Positions 18,403 through 29,977 are shown, counted from the first letter of the stretch. The stretch is 64,000 nt of DNA from Sedimentisphaerales bacterium (GCA_963663965.2 CAXXFK010000001.1:348146-412145), one strand, 5' to 3'. The notes: generated from the sequence alone by a model not told the origin. Program-made: numbers and translations.

Positions 18403-18500
18403 ATGCTCATGAAAAGTCGCTTCGAATCTATCCTTATGTTTTAAAACAAGTTAGCTTTCCTTCCCCCCATAAATTCCCTCTTTTTCCCCAATCGGTCATT

Positions 18501-18538
18501 TTTTCTGTAACCCCCTTCCATTTTTCATTCAGGAATAA
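18501..18538 (+). promoter_or_regulatory. Candidate ECF-dependent promoter, copy 2 (before the acyltransferase)
   Basis: TTTTCTGTAACC-N15-TTCAGGAATAA, about 50 nt upstream of ATG 18590. Confidence 0.65.
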
Positions 18539-18589
18539 GTGAATGTCATCCACCACCAATTATGAAACCCGGACATAAGGAGATTCACA

Positions 18590-19774
18590 ATGCTGATTCC
18601 AGAAACCAGACAAACGAACAACCAACCCAACCGAATCTATTGGCTCGACAATCTGCGTACCTTTATGATCTTCCTGGTCGTCCTCATCCACGCGGCCATC
18701 ATTTACGAAAAAAACAGCATGGGCGCCGCCTGGTGGATCGTCTGCGATCCTTCCACCAACGATCTGCCCGGCATCCTCTTTCTTATCCTCAATATTTTCG
18801 TCATGGCCGCAGTATTTTTTGTCTCGGGCTATTTCGCCCACCTCTCCCTCCAGAAAAAAACCGGCTGGTCCTTTATCAAAACCAAATTCAAACGCCTCAT
18901 GCTCCCCTGGCTCATCGGCGTCCTCACCCTGATCCCGCTCTACAAAGTCATCTTCCTCCACGCCCGCCACCTGCCTCAGGAACACTGGACCAGCTACTTC
19001 CACTGGAACACCCTCTGGAGCCAGAACTGGCTCTGGTTCCTGCCCGTCCTGTTCGCCTTCGAAATCCTCTACCTCGGCCTGAACCAATTAAAACGGAACG
19101 TCTCCCGCATCACCATCAGGCAATCACTCCTCGCCGCATTTATCATCTGCCTGCTCTACAGTATCGCCATGGATTATTTCAATCTCCAGGGCTGGACCAA
19201 ATCCATCCTCATTGATTTCCAGAACGAACGCCTCCTGATCTACCTGGCCCTGTTTCTCCTGGGCGCCCAATGCTGCCGCCACCAGGTATTTGACTCATCC
19301 TGGAAAAACAAAAAACTCGATATCATCCTGCACAGCATCGGCTGGATCCCCATGAACCTCTATCTCTTTCAACTCATCTACGCCATCATGAATCCCGGTA
19401 AATTCCTGGTATCCGATCTTATCGATACCATCCTCATCCGCCTGAACTTCGTCCTGGCCATGGCCTACCTGCTCTACGCCATGATCGCCACCTTCTATTC
19501 CTTCTTCAACCGCCAGACTCCGCTCGGCCGGGAACTTAATAATGGTTCCTACTCCGTCTACCTCATCCACGTCATCGTCATGGGCCCGATCGCCATCGCC
19601 CTGCAAAACACCACCCTCCCCTCACTGGCTAAACTCCCGATCCTGACACTTTCCACCTTTATCATCAGCAACCTGATCGCTTACGGATTCAGAAAAGTCA
19701 GACACAGTATCCACCACCAATCTCAAATGTCTCAAACCCGATTACCTGTTAGTAGTATATGCAGTATTGAATAA
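18590..19774 (+). CDS. Acyltransferase-3 (OpgC/MdoC-like) integral membrane acyltransferase
   Basis: RIYWLDNLR...LIHA, FFVSGYF, KFKRLMLPW, LWFLPVL and SYSVYLIH motifs; about 10 TM helices; AAGGAG RBS. Confidence 0.9.
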   Translation: MLIPETRQTNNQPNRIYWLDNLRTFMIFLVVLIHAAIIYEKNSMGAAWWIVCDPSTNDLPGILFLILNIFVMAAVFFVSGYFAHLSLQKKTGWSFIKTKFKRLMLPWLIGVLTLIPLYKVIFLHARHLPQEHWTSYFHWNTLWSQNWLWFLPVLFAFEILYLGLNQLKRNVSRITIRQSLLAAFIICLLYSIAMDYFNLQGWTKSILIDFQNERLLIYLALFLLGAQCCRHQVFDSSWKNKKLDIILHSIGWIPMNLYLFQLIYAIMNPGKFLVSDLIDTILIRLNFVLAMAYLLYAMIATFYSFFNRQTPLGRELNNGSYSVYLIHVIVMGPIAIALQNTTLPSLAKLPILTLSTFIISNLIAYGFRKVRHSIHHQSQMSQTRLPVSSICSIE

Positions 19775-19801
19775 CAAATCGCCCCTCAGATTATAAAATC
19801 A

Positions 19802-19837
19802 AAAACCCAGGACAACATCAAAGTCATCCTGGGTTTT
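19802..19837. terminator. Bidirectional intrinsic terminator between convergent genes
   Basis: AAAACCCAGGA-N14-TCCTGGGTTTT with A/T tracts on both sides. Confidence 0.75.
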
Positions 19838-19857
19838 ATTTATCAAGTAGTATCTTA

Positions 19858-21408
19858 CTACTTCAACGTCAGCACTACCACCGATTTCGACGGCAGCGTA
19901 ACCGACAGCATATTTTCCTTCAGCTTGAAATCCTTGAACGCCGTCGGACTGATCGCGTCCGGCCGTTCAAACGTATTATGCGTATTCATGGCATTCGACG
20001 TCAGTACCTCACCGGAACATTGTCCATAGCGCCCGCCTTCGATTTCGCAACTCAATTCAACCGCGTTCTTCGGATCCAGGTTCACCAGCGAAATCGTTAT
20101 CTCACCCGCCGCGTTTTTCGAAACCGACGCACTGACCGTATCCAGCGCTTTGCCATCCACTTCATATTTCGCGCAACTCAGATCGAATGCCACGGCACGC
20201 CCATCATGATGCCCGTTATACATCCGGAACAGATGATACGTCGGCGTCAGCATCATCCGCGGCCCATCGGTCAGAATCATCGCCTGCAAGACATTATTCG
20301 TCTGGGCGATATTCGCCATCCTCACCCGGTCGGCATGCGCGTTGAAAATATTCAAAAATACCCCCGCGACCACCGCATCACGCAAGGTATTCTGCTGATA
20401 CAGAAATCCCGGCGTTGAACCCGGCTCCGCGTTCCACCACGTGCCGTATTCATCGATAAACAATCCGATCCGTTTGCGCGAATCGTAACGGTCCATAATC
20501 TCCTTATAACGCTTGATCGCGCCATCCACCTCAACGGTCTTTTCCAATACCCCAAACCACTGCTGCTCACTGAACCGGGTGGCCTCGCCTTTATTTCCCC
20601 AGTCGCCCGAAAAGACATACCAGTGCATACTGATCGCGTTCATCCGCCCGCCAATATTCTTCATGCACACATCCATCCAGTTATAATTCACATCGCCCGG
20701 GCCGCACGCCACCTTGGTCACCCGGCTGCCCGGATAATCCTTCACATAGGTCGCGTAACGCTTAAACAGGTCGCTGTAATACTCCGCCGTCATATTCCCC
20801 CCGCAGCCCCAGTTCTCGTTGCCCACTCCAAAGAACTTCACCTTCCACGGCTCATCCCGGCCATTGGCCCGCCGCAGATTCGCCATTTCACTGTCCCCGC
20901 CAAAATTCAGATACTCCACCCAGTCCTGCATCTCTTCCACCGTACCGCTGCCCACATTACCGCTGATATACGCGTCACAGCCAATCTGCTCGCACAGATC
21001 CATAAACTCATGCGTCCCAAAATGATTATTCTCCACCACCATGCCCCAGTGAGTATTCAACATCGGCTTTCGCTGATCCCTGGGCCCGATCCCTTCGCGC
21101 CAGTGATATTCATCCGCGAAACAGCCGCCCGGCCACCGGATCACTGGACACTGAATATCCTTCAGCGCTTCCACCACGTCACTGCGAATCCCGCGCACAT
21201 TGGGAATCGCCGAATCCTCACCCACCCAATACCCCTCATAACAGCACCGGCCCAGATGCTCGGAAAAATGACCATAAATATATTTACTGATCACCGGCCC
21301 GGTCTGGTCCGCCCGGATCGTCAGCTTGTTCTCCTGCGCCAACACGCTCAAACTTAACATTCCAACCAGAAGCCAAATCCGGTAACACCAACTTCGTTTC
21401 ATCAACAT
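19858..21408 (-). CDS. abfA: GH51 alpha-L-arabinofuranosidase, secreted
   Basis: [33 protein letters not shown] (acid/base), IDEYG (nucleophile), MANIAQ; signal peptide. Confidence 0.93.
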   Translation of the reverse strand: MLMKRSWCYRIWLLVGMLSLSVLAQENKLTIRADQTGPVISKYIYGHFSEHLGRCCYEGYWVGEDSAIPNVRGIRSDVVEALKDIQCPVIRWPGGCFADEYHWREGIGPRDQRKPMLNTHWGMVVENNHFGTHEFMDLCEQIGCDAYISGNVGSGTVEEMQDWVEYLNFGGDSEMANLRRANGRDEPWKVKFFGVGNENWGCGGNMTAEYYSDLFKRYATYVKDYPGSRVTKVACGPGDVNYNWMDVCMKNIGGRMNAISMHWYVFSGDWGNKGEATRFSEQQWFGVLEKTVEVDGAIKRYKEIMDRYDSRKRIGLFIDEYGTWWNAEPGSTPGFLYQQNTLRDAVVAGVFLNIFNAHADRVRMANIAQTNNVLQAMILTDGPRMMLTPTYHLFRMYNGHHDGRAVAFDLSCAKYEVDGKALDTVSASVSKNAAGEITISLVNLDPKNAVELSCEIEGGRYGQCSGEVLTSNAMNTHNTFERPDAISPTAFKDFKLKENMLSVTLPSKSVVVLTLK

Positions 21409-21666
21409 AATGCTTCTCCGTATAAAAAGTTAAACACATATAACCAGCCGGCGGCCGGTCACCATATTTTTCCGTAAGTACATCCCTGAAAAACAGTTAT
21501 GAAATATAACTGATTCCAGGCCACCCTTTACTACAAATAAAAATTATCCCGATTTATTGCCAGAAAATCAACCGAAATATCAACCGCCCCTGTTTCTGTT
21601 TGACCCTCATTGCCCAGGCGCACTAAAGTATATCAACTTCAGAGCCGCTTAAATAAGGATAATGCT

Positions 21667-23175
21667 ATGCAAGCTAAACTCAATAAACTGAAAGCACGCT
21701 TAAAAACCATCCATGACCTGCATGCGATCAGCAGCCTGCTCTTCTGGGACCAGGCCACCTACATGCCGCCCGGCGGCGCCCAGGCCCGGGGGCGCCAGCG
21801 CGCCCTGATCGAACAAATGGCCCATGAACACCTCACCGACAAATGGATCGGCCAGTGTCTGGACTCCCTGCTCAGCTATGAACAGGACCTGCCCTATGAC
21901 AGCGACGATGCCGCCCTGATCCGGGTTACCCGCCGCCAATACCAGAAAGCCATCATGGTCCCCGCTGAATTTATGGCCCGCCTCTCAGAACACGGCGCTA
22001 CCTGTTACGCCGCCTGGATCGAAGCCCGCCGTGAAAAAAACTTCGACCTGGTCCGCGACCATCTCGAAAAGAACCTCGACCTGAGCCGCGAACTGGCCGG
22101 CTACTACCCCGGTTATGAGCATATCGCCGACCCCCTGATCGATATCCATGATGAAGGCATGACCGTCGCCCGGATCCGTCCCCTGTTCGCCGACCTGCGC
22201 CAACGCCTGGTCCCCTTGGTCGAAGCCATCTGTGACAACGAACCACTGGAAAACGATTTCCTCCACGACCACTACCCATCCAGACTCCAGCAGGAATTCT
22301 GCACCCGCCTGGCCCGCAAACTCGGCTACGATACCAATCGCGGCCGGGTCGACCTCACCCACCATCCCTTCATGATCAAATTCGCCCAGGGCGATGTCCG
22401 TATTACCACCCGCATCCGGGAAAACGACCTGAGCGAAGCCCTGTTCTCCAGTATCCACGAAACCGGCCACGCCCTCTACGAACAGAATATCGACAAACAA
22501 CTGGAAGCCTCTCCGCTCGACCGCGGCGCCTCCGGCGGCGTCCACGAATCCCAATCGCGCCTTTGGGAAAATCTCATCGGCCGCAGTCGTGAGTTCTGGA
22601 TCAATCACCTACCCCTCCTGCGAGAACTGTTTCCCGACCAGCTGAGCGGCGTCGATCTGGACCGGTTCTGTCGCGGCATCAACCATGTCGAACGGTCGCT
22701 CATCCGTACCGACGCCGACGAAGTCACCTACAACCTCCATGTCATGATCCGTTTCGAACTGGAACTCGAATTGCTCGAAGGCGCCCTCGCCATCCGCGAC
22801 CTGCCTGACGCATGGAACGAACGCTACCAGTCTTACCTCGGAGTCTGTCCCCCCGATGACAGTCTGGGCGTACTCCAGGATATGCACTGGTACGAAGGCG
22901 TCATCGGCGGCGCCTTCCAGAGCTACACCCTCGGCAATCTCATGGCCGCCCAGATCTATCAAACCGCCCGCCAGGCCAATCCCGACCTGCCCACCCAGAT
23001 CGCCCAGGGCCACTTCGAACCCCTGCTCCACTGGCTCACCCAAAATATCTACCGCCACGGCCGCAAATTCCTTCCCGAAGAACTCATCCAGCGCGTCACC
23101 GGCCGGCCCCTCTCCATCGAACCGTTTATGGCATACCTCCAGGATAAATACGGACAATGGTATCGCCTGCCATAG
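21667..23175 (+). CDS. Carboxypeptidase Taq family (peptidase M32)
   Basis: HPF, DVRITTR, HETGHALYEQ (HEXXH), HESQSR, IRTDADE, GVLQDMHW. Start moved to ATG 21667 after AAGGA. Confidence 0.94.
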   Translation: MQAKLNKLKARLKTIHDLHAISSLLFWDQATYMPPGGAQARGRQRALIEQMAHEHLTDKWIGQCLDSLLSYEQDLPYDSDDAALIRVTRRQYQKAIMVPAEFMARLSEHGATCYAAWIEARREKNFDLVRDHLEKNLDLSRELAGYYPGYEHIADPLIDIHDEGMTVARIRPLFADLRQRLVPLVEAICDNEPLENDFLHDHYPSRLQQEFCTRLARKLGYDTNRGRVDLTHHPFMIKFAQGDVRITTRIRENDLSEALFSSIHETGHALYEQNIDKQLEASPLDRGASGGVHESQSRLWENLIGRSREFWINHLPLLRELFPDQLSGVDLDRFCRGINHVERSLIRTDADEVTYNLHVMIRFELELELLEGALAIRDLPDAWNERYQSYLGVCPPDDSLGVLQDMHWYEGVIGGAFQSYTLGNLMAAQIYQTARQANPDLPTQIAQGHFEPLLHWLTQNIYRHGRKFLPEELIQRVTGRPLSIEPFMAYLQDKYGQWYRLP

Positions 23176-23178
23176 TCA

Positions 23179-24525
23179 TTATCCCACATTATAAGACAAC
23201 CGACTGGCCAACCGACCGAATCGATTCATCAACCCATGGCTGGCGATCGCCGCGAACCATTGTCCGTATTTGCGATACACCAGATTAAAAAGCAGATAGG
23301 CCTTGAGTTGACGCGCCGACTGTGGCCGCCGCCTGATAATATTAGCCCAGGAATAAAACTGATCGTACAGCCACAGATACCCGGCTTTCAACTGTTCCGG
23401 GGTCATGTGTTTCGGCTGATACACCACATGAGAAGTATTATAGTGCGCCTTGTCATGATCGATGATCCGGCCCTCCGCCAGCAACTTTTTATATAGCCGG
23501 GTACCCGGATACGGCGTCATGATATGAGCGGTAATCGTCTCGATCCGATTGGACACCAGCCAGTCCAGCGTCTGAGCAAACACCTCCGGATAATCATGAT
23601 CAAACCCGAACACCATACTCGCGTTCACCATAATCTCCCGGTCATGTAACTGGGCTACTACTTCTTCATAACGATCGATTCGGTTCTGGTGCTTGTTGGC
23701 GCTCTGGACCGAGGCCTTGTTAATGGACTCAAAGCCAATGAACAGGCTTTCACAACCCGTCTGACGCATCCGATCGAGCAGGCGCGGATGATGACCGATA
23801 TTCACCGAAACGGCCGCATGCCAGGTCAGGTTAAGCGGCTCGATGGCATCCAGAAAACGAACCGTCCAGGCGGGATCTCCAATGAAGTTGTCATCAACAA
23901 ACATAACCTGCCGCGACTTCAATTGGCGAATCTCAGCCACAACGTTTTCTATTGGCCGGTTGCGGTAAAGACCATGGACATAATCCGAACTGTTATAACA
24001 GAAATCACAGCGAAAGGGACATCCCCGGCTCGCCGTCAGAATATTGGTATAAAGATACTGACGCTGATCGATCAGGTCCCAACGCGGCATCGGGGTATCT
24101 TTCAGATCGGCCGGCGCCGGACTGTAATAACGCTTTTTCAACTGACCGCGCCGCGCATCGTCCAGAATCTCCCGCCATACATTTTCCGCCTCACCAATAC
24201 AGACAGCATCGGCATACCCTTCCGCTTCCTCCGGCATAGCGCTGGCATGAATCCCTCCCAGCACCACCCGGATATTCCTCTGGCGGTAATGCCGGGCGAT
24301 TTCATAAGCGCGGCCCGCCGTATCGACATTCACCGATATCCCCACCAGATCCGGTCGATCATCCAGACTGAGCGGACCGATATTCTCATCATCGATCGAC
24401 ACCTCATCAGACCCCGGGGTCAGCGCCGCCACCACCAGCAAGGCAATCGACGGCGACAGCCTGCGTTTAAATTCCGAATCCATCGGCCGCAGCGTCATTT
24501 TAGGGGAAATGAGTTTGATTTTCAT
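23179..24525 (-). CDS. B12-binding domain radical SAM protein
   Basis: DLVGIS, VVLGGIHAS, IGEAE (cobalamin-binding domain); SRGCPFRCDFC (CxxxCxxC); FVDDN; TPYPGT. Start probably MKIKLISP at 24525. Confidence 0.92.
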   Translation of the reverse strand: MKIKLISPKMTLRPMDSEFKRRLSPSIALLVVAALTPGSDEVSIDDENIGPLSLDDRPDLVGISVNVDTAGRAYEIARHYRQRNIRVVLGGIHASAMPEEAEGYADAVCIGEAENVWREILDDARRGQLKKRYYSPAPADLKDTPMPRWDLIDQRQYLYTNILTASRGCPFRCDFCYNSSDYVHGLYRNRPIENVVAEIRQLKSRQVMFVDDNFIGDPAWTVRFLDAIEPLNLTWHAAVSVNIGHHPRLLDRMRQTGCESLFIGFESINKASVQSANKHQNRIDRYEEVVAQLHDREIMVNASMVFGFDHDYPEVFAQTLDWLVSNRIETITAHIMTPYPGTRLYKKLLAEGRIIDHDKAHYNTSHVVYQPKHMTPEQLKAGYLWLYDQFYSWANIIRRRPQSARQLKAYLLFNLVYRKYGQWFAAIASHGLMNRFGRLASRLSYNVG

Positions 24526-25029
24526 AAACCACACCGGACATATCGTATGAACTAAAAACACTATCGGAACTTGTTTCTCACCGGCTTAAAGCCATTTAAA
24601 GACTCGATTTTCATCATATTAATACTGAATACGCCCATAACTTACCACGGTTCGGCCATTTTAACACGATCAATAACCTCCAATATCCCCAATCAACAAG
24701 CAGATTCGCCATTTCCTAGATCGGATTATCTGCACCTATGAAATATTGAAACAAGTTATCAGCATACAATCCACTTCATTATCGAATACGAAATATTAAA
24801 TTTTATAAACATTACTGCTTACTCATTCTGTCGCCTTAAACACCAACCACTTCACAAATCAGCATAACCACTTATTACACAACACCCTATAAGAATATCC
24901 GCCAATCTTTCTTTTATTTTTTTAATATAAATACAACGGAAATATTATCCGAAATTAATAATGGATCAATTCACCAATGCAGAGTTCAGGATATTAAGAG
25001 AGAATATTATTTAGTAAAGGAAGTTAGAA

Positions 25030-27030
25030 ATGGCAGAGCAAATGACTATTGGCAAAAAACTTACCATCAGCTTTTCGGTTATCATTCTTCTCACAGCAAT
25101 TCTTTCAGGAGTGACTCTCTGGGGCTTGCATGTGATCAAAGAAAATCGCATCGAACTCGTTCAACGCAACGCGGATGCGCGTATTGCCATGCAGATACCT
25201 TACTGGTCAATCAAACAGTATCAGATCCAGGCCGACCTGATTATCAACCGCGACCTGGACCTGATAACAGAATTTGATCAAGCCGCGGAACAGATGGATT
25301 ATTATCGCGAAGAAACAAATAAAATACTGGATACTTCCACAGAAGAAGAATGGTTCGCCTCTTTGGTAAAAGCCGATGAAGCCTACGACAAACTCTTCCA
25401 CGAAAAAGTGGTTGAAGAAGTCAAACATCAAAACAAAAATCTGATCGCCCTGTGCGACGCCCAAAGCGATGAACTGATTTCTAAAGTGGAAGAACTGGGT
25501 GGCAAAATTCGTGATTCTTTGCTCGAAGAATTTAATGAAGCCGTGCAATCGGGTGAAAAAGACTTGATCAAAAAACGGGCCGAAGATTTACATGTCGCCG
25601 ATATGTACCTGTACTGGCTCATCAAACAATATCAGAACCAGGCGGACTTGATCATCAACCGCGACCTGGACATCGTCAAAGACTTCGAAGAATCCTCCCA
25701 GCAGTTCGACGCATATAAAACCAAACTTCAAGCCGCTGTCGACACCCCCCAGGAAATAAATTGGATCGCCGAGGCGAACCAGGCAAATGATCAATTCAAT
25801 CGCTTGTTCCACGAACAGGTGGTGCCCGAAGTCAAACATATCCTGGAAGAAAGGATTGCTGTTTATGATGAAGAATCTGACCGGTTGATCAGTCAGGTTG
25901 AAACCATGGCCAAAAATATCAGCGAATCAATCCAGCAAGAAGCCAGTGATGTCTCCGAAAGTTCTCAACACATTCAGGGAATGGTCAATACCACCGTTTC
26001 CATTCTGGCCGGCGCCGTTGCCATTCTGGGCGTACTGTTAGCCTTCGTGATCATTCGTTCTCTGACCGCAGTTTTAAGACGCATTATCAACGAACTGAAA
26101 TCCGGAGCCGATCAGGTCTACTCCGCCGCCAGTCAGGTAAGTTCCGCCGCTCAGTCTCTGGCCGAAGGCACCACCGAACAGGCTGCCAGTCTGGAAGAAA
26201 CCTCCAGCAGTATGGAGGAAATGTCTTCGATGACGGTTAGCAACGCAGACAATTCGGCTCAGTGCAACACCGTTATGCGGACCGAAGCCGGACCCAACTT
26301 CGAAGAAATCACCGGCGCCAATGAAAAAATGCGTCAGGCCATGGCGCGAACCGTCGAATTTGGACGGCAAACTGGCCAGATCATCAAGACTATCGATGAA
26401 ATCGCCTTTCAGACCAACCTGCTCGCTTTAAATGCCGCCGTCGAAGCGGCCCGGGCCGGAGAAGCCGGTAAAGGATTCGCTGTCGTCGCCGAAGAAGTAC
26501 GCAACCTGGCCATGCGCGCCGCAGAAGCGGCCAAAGAAACCGGTGACCTGATCGGACAGTCAAATTCCCAGATCGAACAGGCCGCCAACCTCCATAATCA
26601 AGTAAACACCCTGCTCGCAACCAATGCCGCTATTGCCCAGAAAATAACTGGTCTGATCGAAGAAATCACTCAGGCCAGCCGGGAGCAGTCCGAAGGCTTC
26701 GGCCAGATCAATAAGGCCGTCACGCAAATGGACCGGCTCACCCAGCAGAATGCTGCCAACGCCGAAGAATCTGCCAGCGCCTCCGAAGAACTCAGCGCCC
26801 AGGCCCAGCAGATGTTCGCCATCGTTGGCGACCTGGTAGCCCTGGTAGGCGGTGATCACCAGCAATCAACCGCGACCAGTTCGCGTTCCTCCACTCAGAA
26901 AAAATTATCCAATTCCGACCACCTCTATCATAATATCGCCAACCGGCCGGCCAAACCGAAAAATGAACGTTACCAGGCTACCTCTACCCAGCCAACCAGC
27001 GTCACCAATTCTGATTTTAATGAATTCTAG
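25030..27030 (+). CDS. Methyl-accepting chemotaxis protein with a tandemly duplicated extracytoplasmic helical sensor
   Basis: Two TM helices; IDEIAFQTNLLALNAAVEAARAGEAGKGFAVVAEEVR signalling hairpin; 137-aa internal duplication. Confidence 0.95.
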   Translation: MAEQMTIGKKLTISFSVIILLTAILSGVTLWGLHVIKENRIELVQRNADARIAMQIPYWSIKQYQIQADLIINRDLDLITEFDQAAEQMDYYREETNKILDTSTEEEWFASLVKADEAYDKLFHEKVVEEVKHQNKNLIALCDAQSDELISKVEELGGKIRDSLLEEFNEAVQSGEKDLIKKRAEDLHVADMYLYWLIKQYQNQADLIINRDLDIVKDFEESSQQFDAYKTKLQAAVDTPQEINWIAEANQANDQFNRLFHEQVVPEVKHILEERIAVYDEESDRLISQVETMAKNISESIQQEASDVSESSQHIQGMVNTTVSILAGAVAILGVLLAFVIIRSLTAVLRRIINELKSGADQVYSAASQVSSAAQSLAEGTTEQAASLEETSSSMEEMSSMTVSNADNSAQCNTVMRTEAGPNFEEITGANEKMRQAMARTVEFGRQTGQIIKTIDEIAFQTNLLALNAAVEAARAGEAGKGFAVVAEEVRNLAMRAAEAAKETGDLIGQSNSQIEQAANLHNQVNTLLATNAAIAQKITGLIEEITQASREQSEGFGQINKAVTQMDRLTQQNAANAEESASASEELSAQAQQMFAIVGDLVALVGGDHQQSTATSSRSSTQKKLSNSDHLYHNIANRPAKPKNERYQATSTQPTSVTNSDFNEF

Positions 27031-27433
27031 CGCTCGCCGTGTCCGGCTCTCAAAATCTCGTTGATCCACTCCAGGGCAATCCACTCGCGGTTGCCCTTGT
27101 TTGTTAATCCGTCCTATTCCAACAAACGTATATTATGATTCCTCTTTCTGATCTTCCTGATTCTGACATTCAGAATCACCCGGTAAAAAACATATCAAAC
27201 AACGGAACATAAACACCATCCCCACAGACCACATCACCCGATACACAAAACCGTTCAAAGATGGCTTATAAAATCAGCCGAAAATCTCATACAAAAAAAC
27301 TGATCACCGTAAAACAGATACAGAAAGCAATCACCAACTCCGCCCATTTCGCAGGTTTTCTCATTTGATCTATCCTCTTGTCACGTTAGATGGGAATCGC
27401 CCACGCGGTTTTAATCGGGTGCTAACTACATAG

Positions 27434-28733
27434 TCAATCCATTCTTCCCCGCTCCCCCAACTCCCAGATCGCCTGCACCAGTTGAGCCTTGCTCTCTCCG
27501 GGCAACTGTTGATACCACAGCGTCAAAACCGCCCATCTCCCAGCCCTACTGTCGATGGATAGCCAAAATCAATATTAGGAAATCCCCCCGCCAGAACCGT
27601 CGGATCCGACCATTCTTTACCCCCATCCTCGCTGAGCCGGATAAGGATCTGATTATCCTCTTTGGGCTGCCGCTGTCCGCCCCGATACCCATAAGTCATC
27701 AGCAGCCTCCCATCCTCCAGTCGCATCAGATGCGAAGGATGCCCCCACACCCCGATCGAATGAGGCGTCGACCAGGTCTTCCCGCCATCCTGCGACTCGG
27801 TTTGCAGCGTCTCCCGGTTATACTCGCTATTATGATTGCGGATCTGCGCGATCAGCGCCCCATCCGGCCCATCAACCAGATGCAGTTCATGATAGGCCCC
27901 GGCTTTATGCCCCGGCCGATTCGGGATCCGGCCAATAATCTCCCAGTTCAAACCGTCATCGAACGATTCCGCCACCGCGATAAAGGGCTCATCCCCCGGC
28001 GACGCCTCCCGCTTGCCCGCCCACAACAGCCGGCCATCCTTCGTCAATACCGGCCCATGCGGCGCCATCAACGGTACCATCTTCGGCTCCGACCAGCTCT
28101 TACCCCCATCCGTGCTCCGGATCAGCCATTGCGGACAGGTTCGCACCGGCTTGCCCTGCTCCATCTGCTCCAGATACGCCTTGATCTCCGGATAGTCACA
28201 GTTCTCCGACGTCATCTCCCGCTTGGCCTTCAGCCAACGCTCCCGCTTCTCTTTCGGCCACGCCGTGTTCTTCTCATCCAGGTACCGCGCCGATCGCTCC
28301 AGCCAGACCGTCGAACTAAACCAGGTCACCAGCAGCGTCCCTGACCCATCGCCAGAACACCCGCGTCCCGATCATCCAGCGGACTATCCACCAGCACCCG
28401 CGGCGCCGACCACGTCTTCCCTTTGTCTGTCGAACGAATCAACTCCAACCGGCCAAACGGACACACATGCTCCTCCCGGCCACCTGAATAAACCGCCACC
28501 AGATCACCCGAACCCGTCAGCGCCACCGTCGGCCAGCCACAATACATTGCTAAATTCCGGTTCACCACCGACACCGTTACACCCTCAACCACCGCACGCC
28601 CTTCACCGGCAGCCGGATCTTTATCTGGTACAGTATCACCCGTTACGATAGCTCCAGTAGATAAAATCCATAATGCCAACGCCGACAACCCAATCCGACT
28701 ATGATTCGACCACCGCCTGTTAATTTTCAACAT
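27434..28733 (-). CDS. Secreted BNR/Asp-box (sialidase-like) glycosidase, ~433 aa, interrupted by two single-base deletions
   Basis: Asp boxes RSTDKGKTW, RSTDGGKSW, SFDDGLNW, SQDGGKTW, LSEDGGKEW; YCGWP; DFGYPS. ORFs 28326-28733 and 27523-28329 join if one G is added at 28345-28347; the C-terminus ...FLTLWYQQLP...IWELGERGRMD* is restored by one T at 27525-27528. Confidence 0.82.
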
Positions 28734-29090
28734 AAATACTCCTTCTATTTACCGGAAAAACAGCATCAATTCATCACCTGTTTCCCTAACACGGCTACCT
28801 TCTGATTAAATCCCATTTCACCTCATATTTCAACAAGATTCCCCACCTTAACTGCCCCATCATAACTCTAACGTTTTTTACCCGTTACTCATGGTTTCCT
28901 TCATGAACTCCCCAAATTCTGACAATTCTTAACCCGAATCCAAAAGATCCGTTTAATTTTTCCTTTTTCGTATGTTAACTAATGTGTAAAGGTACATAAA
29001 TGCTGTCAAATGGGTTAGAACTGAATTTTGAGGTGTAATATCACAACTCTATATTATGACATATGTTATATTCTGGAAAGTGAATAAAAA

Positions 29091-29948
29091 ATGAATACGA
29101 CCTCACAGCCCCAAAGCCCGATAACACCAGTTCGGCCAGACAAACAGCGCCATTCCGCTTTCACTCTCATCGAATTGCTGGTGGTAATTTCCATTATCGC
29201 CCTGCTCGTGGCAATTTTAATGCCCGCCCTCGGCCGCGCCCGCGACCAATCCCGGGCCACCGTCTGCGCGGTCCATCTCAGACAATGGCACAGCATCATT
29301 CAATTCTTCGCCGACGACAACGACAACAAGTTCCCCGATGCCGATTGGGATAACGACGGCGGCGCCGACCCCCACGGCCAGTGGTGGATCCAGCCCCTCT
29401 TACGCTATTGCGATGATCCGGAAATTTACGTCTGCCCCAAAACCACCCTCAAACCCGAACTGGGCCCCCAGGACCTGACGGGCAACTCCCAGCAGGTCAA
29501 CGTCTGCTGGGCCACCCGCGCGCCCTACAGCAAACCCGCTCCCATCGGCGGGGTGATTACCTACGGCAGCCTGGCCCCCAACGGCTGGATCATGAACCCT
29601 ACCGAAGGGGCCTGGAGTGGGATCAAAGATCTTTGCTGGGAAAACCTCGACGTGCCCCGCGCCGCCGAAGTCCCCCTGTTCCTGGATTGCCGCTGGGTCG
29701 ACGGCTGGCCCCAGGACACCCATATGGCCTCGGTCGAAGAAAACCAGCGCACCAACGGCATGCACCAGTACGTTGTCAACCGCCACAACGGCGCCATCAA
29801 CAGCGTCTTCTGCGACGGTTCAGCCCGCCGGGTCGGACTCAAAGGACTCTGGAAACTGAAATGGCACCGGAAATTCAACCTCAACAACGCCCAGAACCAA
29901 CCCGATGCCAACTGGTACTGGATGCAAAACTTCTCCGACGACCATTAA
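29091..29948 (+). CDS. Prepilin-type N-terminal cleavage/methylation protein with H-X9-DG motif (DUF1559-like)
   Basis: AFTLIELLVVISIIALLVAILMPALGRAR; C...LRQ; C-terminal RHNGAINSVFCDGS. Confidence 0.92.
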   Translation: MNTTSQPQSPITPVRPDKQRHSAFTLIELLVVISIIALLVAILMPALGRARDQSRATVCAVHLRQWHSIIQFFADDNDNKFPDADWDNDGGADPHGQWWIQPLLRYCDDPEIYVCPKTTLKPELGPQDLTGNSQQVNVCWATRAPYSKPAPIGGVITYGSLAPNGWIMNPTEGAWSGIKDLCWENLDVPRAAEVPLFLDCRWVDGWPQDTHMASVEENQRTNGMHQYVVNRHNGAINSVFCDGSARRVGLKGLWKLKWHRKFNLNNAQNQPDANWYWMQNFSDDH

Positions 29949-29977
29949 CCCGCCCACGCAAATCAAAACCCCCATAC

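Noticed and set aside
24526..25029. Cobalamin or c-di-GMP riboswitch in the radical SAM/MCP gap
   Set aside because: No recognisable conserved blocks or GC-rich stems.
25201..25700. Diversity-generating retroelement template/variable pair
   Set aside because: Both copies are in frame in one gene, the differences are not adenine-specific and no reverse transcriptase is present.
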